Assembly (NCBI GenBank): GCA_016748015.1
Contig: JAAOMT010000571.1
Coordinates: 346,582 to 410,581, forward strand
Reading direction: 5' to 3'
DNA: 64,000 nucleotides
Source of the DNA: Geosiphon pyriformis uo1
Lineage: Eukaryota; Fungi; Glomeromycota
The translations under genes and the position numbers were made by a program. The notes beneath the pieces were generated by a model. That model did not search any database, was not told where the DNA came from, and saw only the letters and a program-made list of their open reading frames with translations. Each line of letters opens with the position of its first letter. Position 1 is the stretch's first letter. Shown one piece after another: positions 50,998 to 64,000 of the stretch.

Positions 50998-51745
50998 CAT
51001 TATCATCATCATTATCATTATTACAGATCTTGTAATTCTGGAATTACTAGAATCCTCGATATAAAAAATCAAGGAACTACCTTCTCCATTGGTCTAATTT
51101 CTAATTTCTTTTGGCTCATTTTCCAAATGTTTACAATGAGTTATAAGACTAACTAACTAAATAATTAATTAACTGTATTTCTTTTACTTTAAAAAATAAA
51201 ATTATATAAATTTTTTTTCTTCATTGTTCCTATTTCAAATTCATAAATTGCTGCTATGATCAAAATAGAATACAATGGGTATGAATCTAAAAAAAGATAA
51301 AAATTACAACCTTCCAAACAAAAGTGTAACAAATAATTTTTCATAGTTTTCACGTGGGTAAAAATACTATTATAGGGTAATCAATGGTTATTTTTTTCTT
51401 AGTGTTCCTCTCTGTACCACATATTTATAATTCCCTCAATTTAATCGGCCTGATCATGGTAGGACCAATTAGAAATACAGCTTTTTTTTTTGTGGTGAAT
51501 CATATAAATTCCCCTGGGTCCTTTGTCTTGTTCTTTGTATCTGTAACTCTGGGCAGTACCGCTGCAGCGTAATTTGATTTTTAATGTTAGGCGAAATTAA
51601 ACTTGTCCTTCCAATCACTCGGATCCCAACAATGGTCAAAAATGGTACAAAAAATGATTGGACCTAAAATATCTGCTTTCCTAGTCCGAAAGAACAATGG
51701 GATACATCATCATCATCATCATCATTATCATCATTATCATCATCA
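48141..51745. repeat. Microsatellite-rich intergenic region: (ATT)n, (GAT)n, (AC/ACAT)n, (AAT)n, (CAT)n
   Basis: Tracts at ~48141, 48262, 48556, 49231, 49557, 50947 and 51706. Confidence 0.85.
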
Positions 51746-52155
51746 ATAAGAATTTCTTATTGGTTATTCTATCAAAATTTTTATTTACGTCATATATACA
51801 TTAGATATGATGGTAATTAAAAATTTTTTGCTAAAGATACCGATTACCAAAAGTGATCTTGAATGTCTCAATTCTCAACCATCTCATATAATCATTGTTC
51901 AAAGAGAGTATAACTGTCTTTCCATTCTTGGAAATTTGAACAATGGGAATTAACACGTCCTCCTATAGCCTTGAAGTTATCGCGTAGTTTTTGTTAACTG
52001 ACTAAATGCCGCGTTTTTGCATATAAATACAAGTAAAATAATTGCTCTACAAAAAAAATTCACAGAATTGAACAAAGATTCTATTGTTTTGATTCTTTTC
52101 GAGATATCATTAAAAATATTTGACGAGTTCCTTCCTTCGATAAAAAAAAAACGTA

Positions 52156-53553
52156 ATGTCAACCGTTAACAAATCCTCCTCTGGTGGTAATAAGAGGCAT
52201 TATGCCTCAAAAAGGGTAATAATACATTAAATGTGTATTTTTTTCTAGTAAAACTGGTCTTTTAAACATCATAATTACCAAAATAAATTCTTTATCAAGC
52301 TTTACTTTTTTGTTTAATTAGACGACGACGACGACTAAACGTGGTAACGGTCCCTCCCAAGACTTTCAGTTTGTTACTGGGAATTCTAAACGACGAAGAA
52401 GCCGTAATTATTTCTTTCTTTCTTTTTTTGAGTTTTTAAATCGTTTCTTTTTTATTATTCTAAAATCTGTTCCGTTTACTTTTATCCTAATCAGAGTCCG
52501 AAAATTATGACGATACCACAAAACCTTCGGGTCGAGAGGAAAAGTCATTATTTTCCTTGACCATAAAATTCTTGGGCCTTCTGCGTGAAGTACAGGGTCG
52601 TGAATTGGACCTTAAATTAGCGGCAAAGACGTTAGGGGTTGAGAAACGTCGTGTTTATGATATAACGAATGTTTTGGAAGGGATTGATCTTCTAAAAAAA
52701 ACCAAGAATCATGTCAGTTGGGTGTAAGTCGAAAAGTATTTTAAACATGTAATATGTTCATATTATTGAAGTTTCTTGGTTCAAATGCTAATTTACCTTT
52801 TTTTTATTTTTTTTTTTATTATTTTTTTTTTTTTCAGAGGACCAAAGGAATTGTTTAATTGCTCACCCCCGGTGTCTCCACTGGATGATGATGAAAATAA
52901 TATAAACGAAAGAAATGCCAGAATCCGAGCCGAGAACGAAAGTCTCCGGCAAGAGCGCGAATATGTGGAAAAGCTTTCGGCGCAAAAAGAAGAAGAGATG
53001 AGTACCTTCAATAAAGCTCTTTTGTTTGTCACTGAAGATGAGATCAGTGAAATGTTTCCCAATCAAGTACTTTTTGCTGTCTCGGGTCAATCCGACCAAG
53101 GATTGGAAATTGAAAAAGTATGTTTATCTCCTTTTTGCTTAATGCTGTCACTTTTAGATTTTTATAAAATTATTTAACCTTGAAATTTTTAACACCATTG
53201 TAATGTAGAATGGTCGGAACTTTAACATTTATCCCAAACCAAAAGAAATTATACAACTAGGAAATTACACCAAAAATTCAAAATTTCCTTCGGTTATTCC
53301 CAACGGTGGTTTCCAAAATCATCATCCCAGCCCCCCGATAAATACCCACGACACTTATCCTTTACCAAATCGTTCTATATTACTTCTACCACCAATATCA
53401 CCTCGGCGTAACATGCCAACTTCAACTCCACCCGAGGAAGGGTACGATAACGGAAATCGACAAAAGAATCGTTTCGCTTACGATGTCCATCGGGACTGTC
53501 AACAATGTTCCGATTATTTTTCATATGATGTAGGACACAATTCTTTTCATTAA
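52156..53553 (+). CDS. E2F: E2F-family transcription factor, about 5 exons (52156-52164 uncertain, 52322-52403, 52495-52723, 52838-53117, 53209-53553)
   Basis: Winged-helix DNA-binding domain [17 protein letters not shown]...[39 protein letters not shown] coiled coil and marked box follow ([20 protein letters not shown]). GT-AG introns preserve the frame. The first exon is uncertain. Confidence 0.92.
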
Positions 53554-54446
53554 ATATATATGCACACCACTACAAAACTTCTATGCCTCAATACTTTTTT
53601 CACCCTATTTAAGATTTTATCTTTCTTAAACACTTTTTCATTTTATGCTTTCCAATTTTTATTAAGCTTTTTTTCTCCTTCATCAATCAGCGAATTTAGT
53701 GCACAAATCATGAAAAATAAAACTTTTTTTAAAATTAAAGTAGTCCGAATTTTATCACAAACTATCTGTTCTGTTAGCATATAATAATTTACTCGAGAAA
53801 ATTATTTTCGTTCTATTCGTTTCTTTTACGCATTTTTCTTCGTAATCTTTTACTCTAGTTTTTCAATAACCGTAGTTCTTTTTTCCTGTTTGTTCAATTT
53901 TTTATTCAATCTTGTTCTGTTCTGTTCTGTTATTTTCTCTTTTGTTCAATACTAAAAAAGACTACGCTTAAATTACTCGCGTTTTTTATCTTAAACACAC
54001 ATGAACTTTAGATTTTTTTATATATATTGTATTGTATTAAATATAAAATATAAAATATAAAATAAATATAAATATGTATATTATACTTAAAAGTTTGAGT
54101 GTTATCCAAAAAGACCGATATTTGGGAATTTATTAAAAAAAAGTGTTAAAAGCCTAAATTTTTGCCAAGCAATTCTTTTATCAATCAAATTCTTTAATAA
54201 TCCATATCAGGTTTATAATGGTGTTAATAAATAGTACACCTTTTTTATTCCCACATTCTGTATTGGATGAACTCATACTACCCCCTGAAATCCATTAGTA
54301 TTATTTTTATTAATGGAAAATAATTTAAAAGCAAAAAGTTTGAAAATCGATATTTAGCATTAAAAAAAATAATTCTATAAAATATTTGGACATCTCATGA
54401 AAAAATTAACGAAATATAATTAGTCCTTAGCAGTGAAATATTAAAC

Positions 54447-54546
54447 TTTTTACTTTGAATGTAACGATTAAAATTTTTACTTTGAAAAGAAGGATGTAAT
54501 GATTAAAATTTTTACTTTGAAAAGAAGGATTTAACGATTAAATTTT
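54447..54546. repeat. Short tandem repeat, about 3 copies of a 26-36 bp unit
   Basis: TTTTTACTTTGAA(AAGAAGGA)TGTAACGATTAAAA repeated. Confidence 0.7.
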
Positions 54547-55624
54547 CATATCAATCTTATCGCCGCTAAAATAAAAATAATTTTTAATTGGCCGATTGCC
54601 CAATGCATGCATGCATGCATGTGTGATCAATTAATTACACATACAATAAAAATTAAAAAATGTGTTTTTTAATTTTTTTATGAATAATAATAATAATAAT
54701 AATAATATATTTGCTAAAGTTAATTTGAATTAGTATCTAATTAAATTGCTTGATATGTTAAATTTTTGTTAATTTTTATCAATTTTAAAAACTAAACAAA
54801 TTATATTTTTATATTTAACTTTAACTAATTAACTTATTGAATTATTTAATTTTAAAAATTAAATTGATAATTGATAATATAAAAACTAAAATACTTTCTT
54901 CTTTTTTGTTTTCTAAAAATATTGCTAATTCTGATGGTATTTAAAAAATAATTAAAATTGTCAAAAAATTTTTAAATAAATAATTTTTTACTTTTAATGT
55001 TTAATAAAACTTTTAATATTAATTTGTTTTATATTAAAACTACATTCTAGTTTTTACATAAATTTATTAATTTAAAATTAATTATTAAGAATAATATTAA
55101 ATTTTTCTGTATGAAATTTGCGTTTTAAGTTTTTTTTAAATATTGATGTACAACTTGTGCTTGCTAAATTACTTTTTTTTATTACTTTTAAAATTTTTAA
55201 GTGTTTTAAAATATTTGAATTTGCTTCAGTTTTTTGGATGTTTTTTCTAATATAATTAAAAATGCTCTTAATGTTTTTATTAAGTTTTTGATATCAAATT
55301 AAAATTTTCTGATTTATAATAATATGCTGTTGTATATTTCGAATTTTTTAAAGTTATTAAGATTGTTTTTGTTTTATTAATTAATTTTAATAATAAAAAA
55401 TAATATTATAATTTTACTTCTGATTATACAGTTTTTAAATTAATAATTAAACTTGTTTTGTTTTTTTGTTTTCTAATAATTAATATTAGAAATTTGTTAT
55501 TGTTATTTTTAAGTTTAAAGAAATACTTAATATTGCTGTTATTAAAACTAGTATTTTTTAAAAAAATTCATATCCAATAAAAACTCTTAAATATTAATAC
55601 TACTATAAATATTCAAGATTTTTT

Positions 55625-56247
55625 TAGGGCTTCTAACGATTCGAATTGGGTCGAGTCTTGGTCTGACTCAGATTGACTCTGAAAATTTTTATTTTTAAAA
55701 ATTGAGTCGAGTTTAATAGCCTATGATCCAAATCAATTTGTTATTTGTCATATGTAAAAATTTTATTGGTAAAATTTTTATTCTCGACCAATAGAAAGAA
55801 TAATGACACTCAATTTTCAATTTATAAAAGACCTATATTTTCTTTGTGTTTCATTTTGTAAAAGAGCTATAAATCATGACAAATGAAGACAAGTTTTATG
55901 TTCATTATTAGTAAGTATTAACTATTCAGTTATCCTAAAGCTTTGTTCTACTACTAATAATAATTTTTTTTACCTGTATAAAAAATAGTACTGGTTATAT
56001 GGGGACATCTTTTTTTCAGTCATAGTAATTATAGTATCTACTTTAGTATCACTATCAAACATATTATCAAGTTAAAAAGAGCTAAATTGAGATTTGATCT
56101 ACTTATATATAAGACTCAGCAAATCGAATCAAGTCATGAGATTTTGACTCGTATCAATTCCAAGGCAAATTATTTATAACTTGAACTCGATTCTTATGAG
56201 TCAGGTACTGAGTCAAAGAGAGTTAACTCGAATCTTTTAGAGCTCTA
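55625..56247. mobile_element. Non-autonomous hAT-type element (MITE)
   Basis: TIRs TAGGGCTTCTAACGATTCGA and TAGAGCTCTAAAAGATTCGA. 8-bp TSD GATTTTTT/AATTTTTT. Subterminal GAGTC/GACTC repeats are present. Confidence 0.7.
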
Positions 56248-58319
56248 AATTTTTTTATATTTTTTAAAGGCCCAAATTAAGTTTATTTTTAATTTAGTTA
56301 TTGGTTTTTTTAAGAGTTTTAATCAGTTTAATGATAAATACAAATCCTATTTTTTAAATATTTATAATATAAGTTATAAGTTTATTGTGATTAATTATAA
56401 TAAAATATATAAAATATGAAGTTTATATAATAATAATAAAAAAATAAAGTTTCATGAAAAGACAATAATAAAGTAAATATAAAAACATATTTATAATAAT
56501 TAATTATTTAATAAATACTTTAATAAATTGAAAACAATGAGTTTTTTTAATTTTTTAAATAAATAATATTTATTAACTTAGATCAGATTGGTTGATTATA
56601 TGTAAAAAAAAAAAAGTACATAAATTAAACTTTTAATTTAATTCTTAAAGGTAAAAACAATATTAAGAATTTATAAGACTACATTTTGTTAAAACATAAA
56701 AAAAAAACATATAATAATTAATTTAAAAAATAATAAACTAAAGAAATAATTAACTGAACAATTCATTTAAAAAAATAATTTAAAACTTTTATTTTTAACA
56801 ATTTAATTTTTTTGGTATTACAATCTATTAAATTATAAAAGACTAGTCAAATAAAAAAATATAATTATTAATTTTGTGTATTTTTAATTAAAACTAGATA
56901 AAAAGATAACATTTTAATAAATTGTAACTTTTAATTATATAAATACGATTCATTTTAATTCATGTAAAACTTATTTTTTGTATATTAAAATCTCATTTTT
57001 AAAAAGTTTTAATTAAAAATTTAATTTTATATTTAATTTAAAATAATAATAATTCAAAGACCTCTTTACTTTGTAAAATAAATCTTATTTTTTTACAAAG
57101 ATATAATTATAAACAAAAATTTTTATTTTTATTAGTTTTTTAAATAATACAGTAGTGCTTAATAAGAACTTGACTAAATATGTGCTTTCAAAATTTTGAA
57201 TAAAGCCAAATAGAAAAAACTAAAATTTTAATGAACATATGTTTTTTTTTTCAATATTTGTGCAAATTTTAAAGTCTCAAGATTTACGAATATTGAAAAA
57301 CATTTTATCATTAAAATAACAATTTTAATTTATAATTATTTTTTTTTTGACTTTATATATAACTTTTTAAATAATTTTTGCGAAAAATATTATTTAACAA
57401 TTTATTTTATTACAATATATATAATTTGTTTAATCGAATATTTAGATATTTAATAAATAAGTAAAAAAATAACTAATTTTTATTTTTATTTTTATCTTAT
57501 TTAAACATACTTAAAATTTTTCAATATTAGATTTTTGGTTAAAAATAGTTTATTAAATTAAAAATTAATTTAAATTTTACATAAAAAACTAGATATTAAA
57601 TTTGTAAAAAAAAAAATTTATTTTTCTATTCATTAAGCCATTATAACTTTTATAAATAAAATGTTTAAGAATTTATTGTTATATTTTTAATTTTATTTTT
57701 AGAAACTTTTAGTTGATTCATACAAAAATAGTGAAAAGTAAATATTTTTTTTTATGCTTTATACAGTAAGCTCTACTGTTATAAAATTTAAATGTTCTAT
57801 GATAAATACAACTTATGTTCTTTCTGTATGTGATTAGCTAATCAAGGCAACAATATACACAGATAACTATATCTTTAATTATATGACCAACCATTGCAAC
57901 ATGTTCAAACAAAGAAGATATGTGAAAATAATTTTTACTTATTAAATTGACCAAAAATTTTGATATTCTATATTAAATAAACTTTCATTCGAAAAATTAA
58001 CAATTCGCTAATTTACAATCTATAAACTTCAGATCTTTAGCATATATTAATCAATTTAGAAATTCTATCCCTGTAAGCAATTAGAATTGATTGAACAAAC
58101 TCCATAATTTTGGCAGTTGTCTTTTATATATCCTTAAAGCTTCTTAGAACCATTCCTTCATTTTAAAGCCCTTTGCCAGAGCCATATACAGCTAGTTTAC
58201 AGTTGTTAAATTGCACATCTTATTATAAGATATTAGAAATGTCTTGTAAAATATTAAATTTGTGAATGCCAGACTGATTTGACCAATCAACGAACAATGT
58301 CAATCCTAATGTTTATATC

Positions 58320-60877
58320 TGTCATAAGTTAGAACAGGATTTGAGTTAATTTAGAATTCTAATTCAACTTGAATTAATTCGGAATCATTAATTCAACACT
58401 GTGTTGATTCCGAATCAACTCAACCAATTACATTATTTGGTTAATTGGACAGTAAAAAATTTCTCTTTCATTAGTCAATCAAAAAAATCAAAGTTTTGAT
58501 ATTTAACACGTTTTTTTATGGCTTCCCAACATCATTTATTATTTATAAATTATGAATGGCTTACTCAAGAAACATTTTCTGACCTTTTTGAAAGCTATTT
58601 ATTAGCTAGAAGTGAAAAAAGACAAGCCAAAACTTTGCTTTCTCAAGATTACATAAACCAATACATTAAGATATTAAAAAGTACTCCTGAAGGAGAAAAC
58701 TTTTATTCTAACTTGAAATTTTGGGTATGCACTAACTTTTATATTGCACAAGTCGGAAGACAAGATATACTTTATCTTAAAAAAACAAAAAAACCAGTCT
58801 GTTTGAAAGAAAAATTATATGAAAAACTATGTGAATTTTATTTAGAAATAGAACATAGAGGAATGAGTAAAACTTATAACGCGGTATATAATATTAATTT
58901 AATTTTTTATATAAATAGATACTAATAATTTTTTATTTATAGATTAAAAATAAATACGCTTAGGTGCCTGAGGATTTAATAAAACAGTTTTGTTCTCGCT
59001 GTGCTAGATGCATTACGCGATGATCCTTAGCTTAACCAATAGCTGCAAATCCGATATTAGCAAAAGGCTTCATGTGTTGTTTACAAATAGACTTGGTTGA
59101 AATGCACAATCGACCAGATGATTCTTACAAATATATCTGTCATGCTCGGAATCATTTTACGAAATTTTCTTGGACTACGGCCCTTTTTTCTAAAAAAGCA
59201 AAAGAAGTAGCAAGCTTCCTTTTTCAACTTTTTACCACATTTGGACCTCCAACTATCCTTCAAACTGATAATGGAAAAGAGTTTATGGCTAATATAATCA
59301 GAAAATTAACAGAAATGTGGCCAACTATTCTTATTATAAATGGATGCCCAAGACATTCTCAATTCCAAAGATTAATCAAATGAGCAAATGATGTACTTCA
59401 ACAAAAACTTTCAAAATGGATAGAGGATAAAGAAACTAATAATTGGTCGCATGGTTTATATTGGGTGACATGTAAAAAAAATTATTTTTATTTTGATTGA
59501 ATTATTTAAACAATGACTAATTTATTTTTATGTTTAGATGTAATGAACACAGAAGTCTCTGTGGTTACTGGCTTTCCACCTTATTAAATAGTGTCTGGAA
59601 GAAAATCTTGTGTGAATTATTTTCTTTTCGAGTCCCTTTTTGAACAATCAATTATGCAAGAAAAAGATCTTTCTAATAACTTGGATGTAGAGCCAGCTGA
59701 TGAAGAGCCAATCCAACAGGAAATCAAAAGTAATAGTGATCTGCAGTAAAACAGATCGCAGCAATAAGATGACCAGCAATGGCAGCAAAATGACCAGTAA
59801 CAAGATAACCAGCAGTAGCAGCAAGATGTCCAGTAGTCACAGCAGAATAACCGGGAGCAGTGGCAATAATCACTAAACTAGCAGCATCAATCTAATATAG
59901 TAAATAATATTGAAAAAGAATTAAGAAGAATTGAGCCACGAGTGGAAGAACCAAGCAATCTCTTGAAAAATACTAGTACTCACTCTAATAACTCTCATGT
60001 TTTTTCCATTATAATTTCAAGAGATGAGATAATGTTTTTTATTATTTGCACTTTTTAATATTATTCTGTATTAATCTCATATTTTTTAATAAGATAATGA
60101 TGACCAGAACAATGTGCTACATGATATTACTAACTTACCCACTGGCCATCATAAAATATGCCAAATTGTTCGTGACTGATATGTTAATAATGCCAAAGTA
60201 ATGCTGCATAAAAATACAAAGCAGAAAATATCTTATGAGATTGGAGATTTTGTGCAAATTGGGATTCCAAAGATCAATTGTTCAGGTACTGATAGAAAGC
60301 TCCTTATCTGCAAAGTGATCAGAACTGTTAATGAAAGATTATATAGACTGGAATGCAAGTCAGGAATATTAAAAAATTCTTATCATGCAATAGAATTAAT
60401 GCCTACTAAGGCTACTGATTTTCCAGAATTACGAGAAATACTAAACATTTTTATTTCTTTATGTGAAGCAGCCTTATGCCAAAGTCGGGGGGAAATGACA
60501 GATTATCAATGCAATTGTAAAGGAAGCTATAGAACTAATCATTGTAATTGCAGAAAAGCCAGGGTTTTATGTGGTGCACGATGTCATGGTGATAATAGCA
60601 ATGCTTGTGAGAATCGAAACAAATAATTAAAATTATTAGATATGATAATAAAAAAATGTGTCAAATATCAAAACTTTGATTTTTTTGATTGGCTAATGAA
60701 AGGGAAACTTTTAACTGGCCAATTAACCAAATAATGTAATTGATTGAGTTGATTGAGTTAATTTGGAATCAATACAGTGTTGAATTAAGGATTCCGAATT
60801 AATTCAAGTTAAATTAGAATCCCAAATCAACTTAAGTTGATTCCGAATTATCTCAAACCCTGTTCCAACTCATAACA
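58320..60877 (+). mobile_element. Ginger-like (integrase-type DDE) DNA transposon with long TIRs and an intron-containing, decayed transposase
   Basis: TGT...ACA termini, ~190-220 bp TIRs and a perfect 4-bp TSD TATC (58316-19, 60878-81). HHCC remnant, QIDLVEM, TILQTDNGKEF, a Q-rich linker and a C-terminal CNCKG...CNCRK...CGARCH. First intron at 58884-58942. Confidence 0.9.
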
Positions 60878-62349
60878 TATCCACCACATGCTCGAAAATA
60901 TGATCAGATGATTACACTTTCTCATACTTGATGCAGGATACCCAATATTATGCAACTTTTTTTATTCTGCAACTGGAAATTTACTATGCAGTATCTTTAT
61001 AATATATGTATGAAGCCCAGCTGTCTTGAGTAAATATTGTTATATTTTTATTTGTTTAATTTATTAATAATATTAGAATTGCATATAAATTTTTAAAATT
61101 GGATTGCCAAAATTATTAATGTATTTTAGTTAAACAAATATTTTCTAATGATTAAAATTTAATTCAAAAGATTTAATAATAATGTAATTAAGAGAGAGAT
61201 ATAAAAATAATACAATTTATAGATTTTAAAAATTAAACATAGTAATAATAATAATAATAATTTTTATTTAAACATTAATTTTCAAAAACAGAGTTTTTAA
61301 TTCATTTGAATATTTTTTGATAAAATTTTTTATTCAAGTATACATAATTAATAAGATTTTTAATAAGTTTCCAAAAATTTTTATTAATATTAAAGTTTAT
61401 TCAATTTAGTGAAGATTTAATCAATACTTTATTTAAAACTAAATTTTTTTAAATAATTTTAAAAGGTTGAATAATGTTAATTTTATGTCAAAATTCAGAC
61501 TTAATCAACAATTTTAATTAAAAAAAAATTATATTGATATTAAAGATTTTATTAATTTCATAATTAATTTTTTGAAGTTGTTTTATATAATCTTACAGCT
61601 GGTAAATTAATTGATTGTAAAAAAAAAAATTGTTTCCAATCTCATTTCCTTTCACTGAAAAAGTGGTTTCATAACTAAAAGTCATTATTTCATCTTTCGA
61701 CAAAACCTTTTACTTATTCAAAGTTAATAACACTCGTTATATTGGTAGATTTATTTATAAGATAGAAAGGATGACTAAAATATTGTGTTTAAATTTTAGG
61801 ACAAACTTTTTGAAACAATGATTTATTATCTTACAATTATTCAATATATGAGATTTTTATTAGAGCGTTTGGGTTACCATTTGTTATATAAAAAACTGGT
61901 AGTCATAATAAATCTTAAATAATTTTTAATAATAAATACCGAGTTTTTAAATTTTAAATTTTCAAATTATTATTCTTTTTTTTCTTTTTTGTTCATTATT
62001 ATACATCTTTTTATTCTTTCAAGTAGTCATTTCCTTATATATATCTCTTTTCTCACTAGTCTTTAATACACAAACGTTTACAATTATATTATAAATTTGG
62101 ATAGAAAACCGTTTATCATTGCATATGTAACTTGAATTTTTATGGGGGAATTTCCAATGATAACTTATTTATTATGATTTATTTATATCTATTTTTGTAG
62201 GAGTTTCAAAGTTTTTGAGCATTCACTATTAATTGAGGAAATTCAATGGCAGATGATTCTTTAAGGTTACAACAAATTAAAGTCATAAATTTGAAAAGAT
62301 TAGATGAATAGTTTCTAAAATTTTGCTTTAATGAATATTAGAGTTTCGA

Positions 62350-62905
62350 GATTTAGTTACTGATTATCAGGAAGAGAGAGAATTAGGATAAAAACTTTGT
62401 GAGTTAGATAAAACTTTGAATGGTGAGATTAAATTGAGTAATTTATTGAATATATAAAATATTATTTCTTGAGATTATTGACAATAGTTTTTTATTATAT
62501 TGTTTTGAGAATAAAATATGTTTTAATTTGTAAATTCTTGGAATTCTAATTATTTGGTTAGGGTACTTGCAGAATAAATTCTTTTCCCATTTGATCCAAA
62601 TTTTTTTTTAGAGACATATATCAATAATATAAATATTTTTAAAACTATTCTTTATTTATCTTTACTATTATCATTTAAATTTTAACCGATAAAAGAATCT
62701 ATAGATTGGTTTCTATATACAATTAATTATTTTCATTAATTTTATATGCATTAAATTAAAATTAAATAAAAAGTCTAAACAAAAGAAAATTTTTCGAATT
62801 CTCTAGACCATTGCGGACTGTCAATATTATTTGTTATGTCTGTAAATGTTTTTCAATACATTAATTTTAAACACAATAGTTTATTAAAATGATTGGTGCA
62901 ATCCT
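62350..62905. repeat. Dispersed diverged duplication, copy 2 (of 39370-39870)
   Basis: Collinear similarity in the same orientation. Confidence 0.7.
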
Positions 62906-63580
62906 AAACTAGGCATTTATAAATTACCATTAATAATTTTTTTTGGTTAATCTCTCAACTCCTCAAATAAACAATAATAAATTTATGTCAAAAAAGATTT
63001 CCATAAATAATAAAGGTTGAAATAGACTCGTGAAAAATGATACAAATTTTAATTTAGAAAAAATAATATTGAATCCATTGAATTAAAGACCCATTTTAAA
63101 AAATAATAATTAAAGTTGAGTAACAAACAAACAAACAAACCTTTTTTGTTGTTGTGAGTGAAGAAATATATTATAATAATATTCAAAAACTTTTGAGATG
63201 AGAAACCGTTTATTTTTGATTTAGTGGTCTATGAATATTTATTATTAAACATTTTTATCGTTTTTCCAATTTGATTCTAGAATTATTGTTTTATATATAA
63301 GATCAAAAGTTTTTTTAACAAAAGAATATATATGTTGATAAAAGAACCAATTAAATCTGTAAACTCTTTTATTTTGTATTTTTTACTATAATTTGTGTAT
63401 TAATAGTGTTAAATATAAACGTTAATAGGTATAAAAAAGAAAGATGAAATGAAAATGATTCTTTAAATTCTTTTCATCGTAATCTTGAATCTTCTATGAT
63501 AATAATACGTTTCCATAAATAAATACTTAAATTTCGAAATTTATTATAATAATCCCTTTATTATATTCAACATATAAATA

Positions 63581-64000
63581 ATGTCATCAAAAGAACTCTT
63601 GAAAAACAACATTTTTTCCATTGATGATGATGATGATGATGATGAGTTAAAAGTTTTTGAATTTGCTCAATCAATGATACAACCAACATCACCCGAGTCT
63701 GATATTCAAGTTACCGTCGATATAACCACAAAAAGACCTAACTTCAACCACTTAGAAAATGATGCTAATACAGATGAAAATTTTTTCAATTCCCATCAAG
63801 AAGTTTACTTTCATTTTAGCACTATTGTTGTTGAAAAGAATCAAAATCAATCTAAACCACAAGTAAGACAAACAACTTCAGTCAAACCTTTAGCTAACAG
63901 CAGCAGTGAATCAATCAGAAAATACTTACAACCGAATACAGAGCGACGAAGAAAACTTGTAAGCCCATTCATCCTTTATAGTAAACTTAAAAGTCCAGAG
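63581..64000 (+). CDS. 5' part of a gene truncated by the window end; possibly an HMG-box protein
   Basis: Open frame of 140 codons from ATG (MSSKELLKNNIFSIDDDDDDDE...). It ends RRRKLVSPFILYSKLKSPE, resembling the HMG-box start RPxNxFILYR. Confidence 0.6.
   Translation, partial: MSSKELLKNNIFSIDDDDDDDELKVFEFAQSMIQPTSPESDIQVTVDITTKRPNFNHLENDANTDENFFNSHQEVYFHFSTIVVEKNQNQSKPQVRQTTSVKPLANSSSESIRKYLQPNTERRRKLVSPFILYSKLKSPE

Noticed and set aside
48254-51156. Poly-Ile, HT/VC-repeat and poly-Asn ORFs
   Set aside because: They are translations of microsatellites.
51585-52020. E2F autoregulatory sites (GGCGAAA, CGCG cores)
   Set aside because: They are only partial matches to TTTSSCGC and would be expected by chance.

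Overview
This is AT-rich eukaryotic DNA with spliceosomal introns, most likely from an early-diverging fungus. The fungal ITS1F site and a retained E2F gene point to Mucoromycota/Glomeromycotina; the repeat families recall Geosiphon-like genomes, which is my inference and not a database result. Positions 1-29,900 are nested, decayed transposons: two LINEs tail to tail, a dUTPase-carrying Ty3/gypsy element inserted into a sister copy, a Tc1/mariner, a solo LTR and an AT desert. All carry heavy C>T/G>A (RIP-like) damage. Positions 32,490-45,400 hold the most interesting system, a four-member family of intronless secreted precursors. Each has a signal peptide and KR (Kex2-type) sites and is built from a strict 13-residue repeat, G-x-x-N-G-N-x-N-G-N-x-N-x. 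The family comprises a polyprotein with 143-aa modules, a gene with 52-aa modules, its inverted duplicate (GTG start, premature stop) and a deleted remnant. The rest of the window contains a short 18S rDNA 3'-end fragment in a CpG-retaining island, Tc1 relics, microsatellites, a multi-exon E2F gene, a hAT-type MITE, an intron-containing Ginger-like transposon and the start of a possible HMG-box gene. Alignments were read by eye, so boundaries of decayed elements are approximate.
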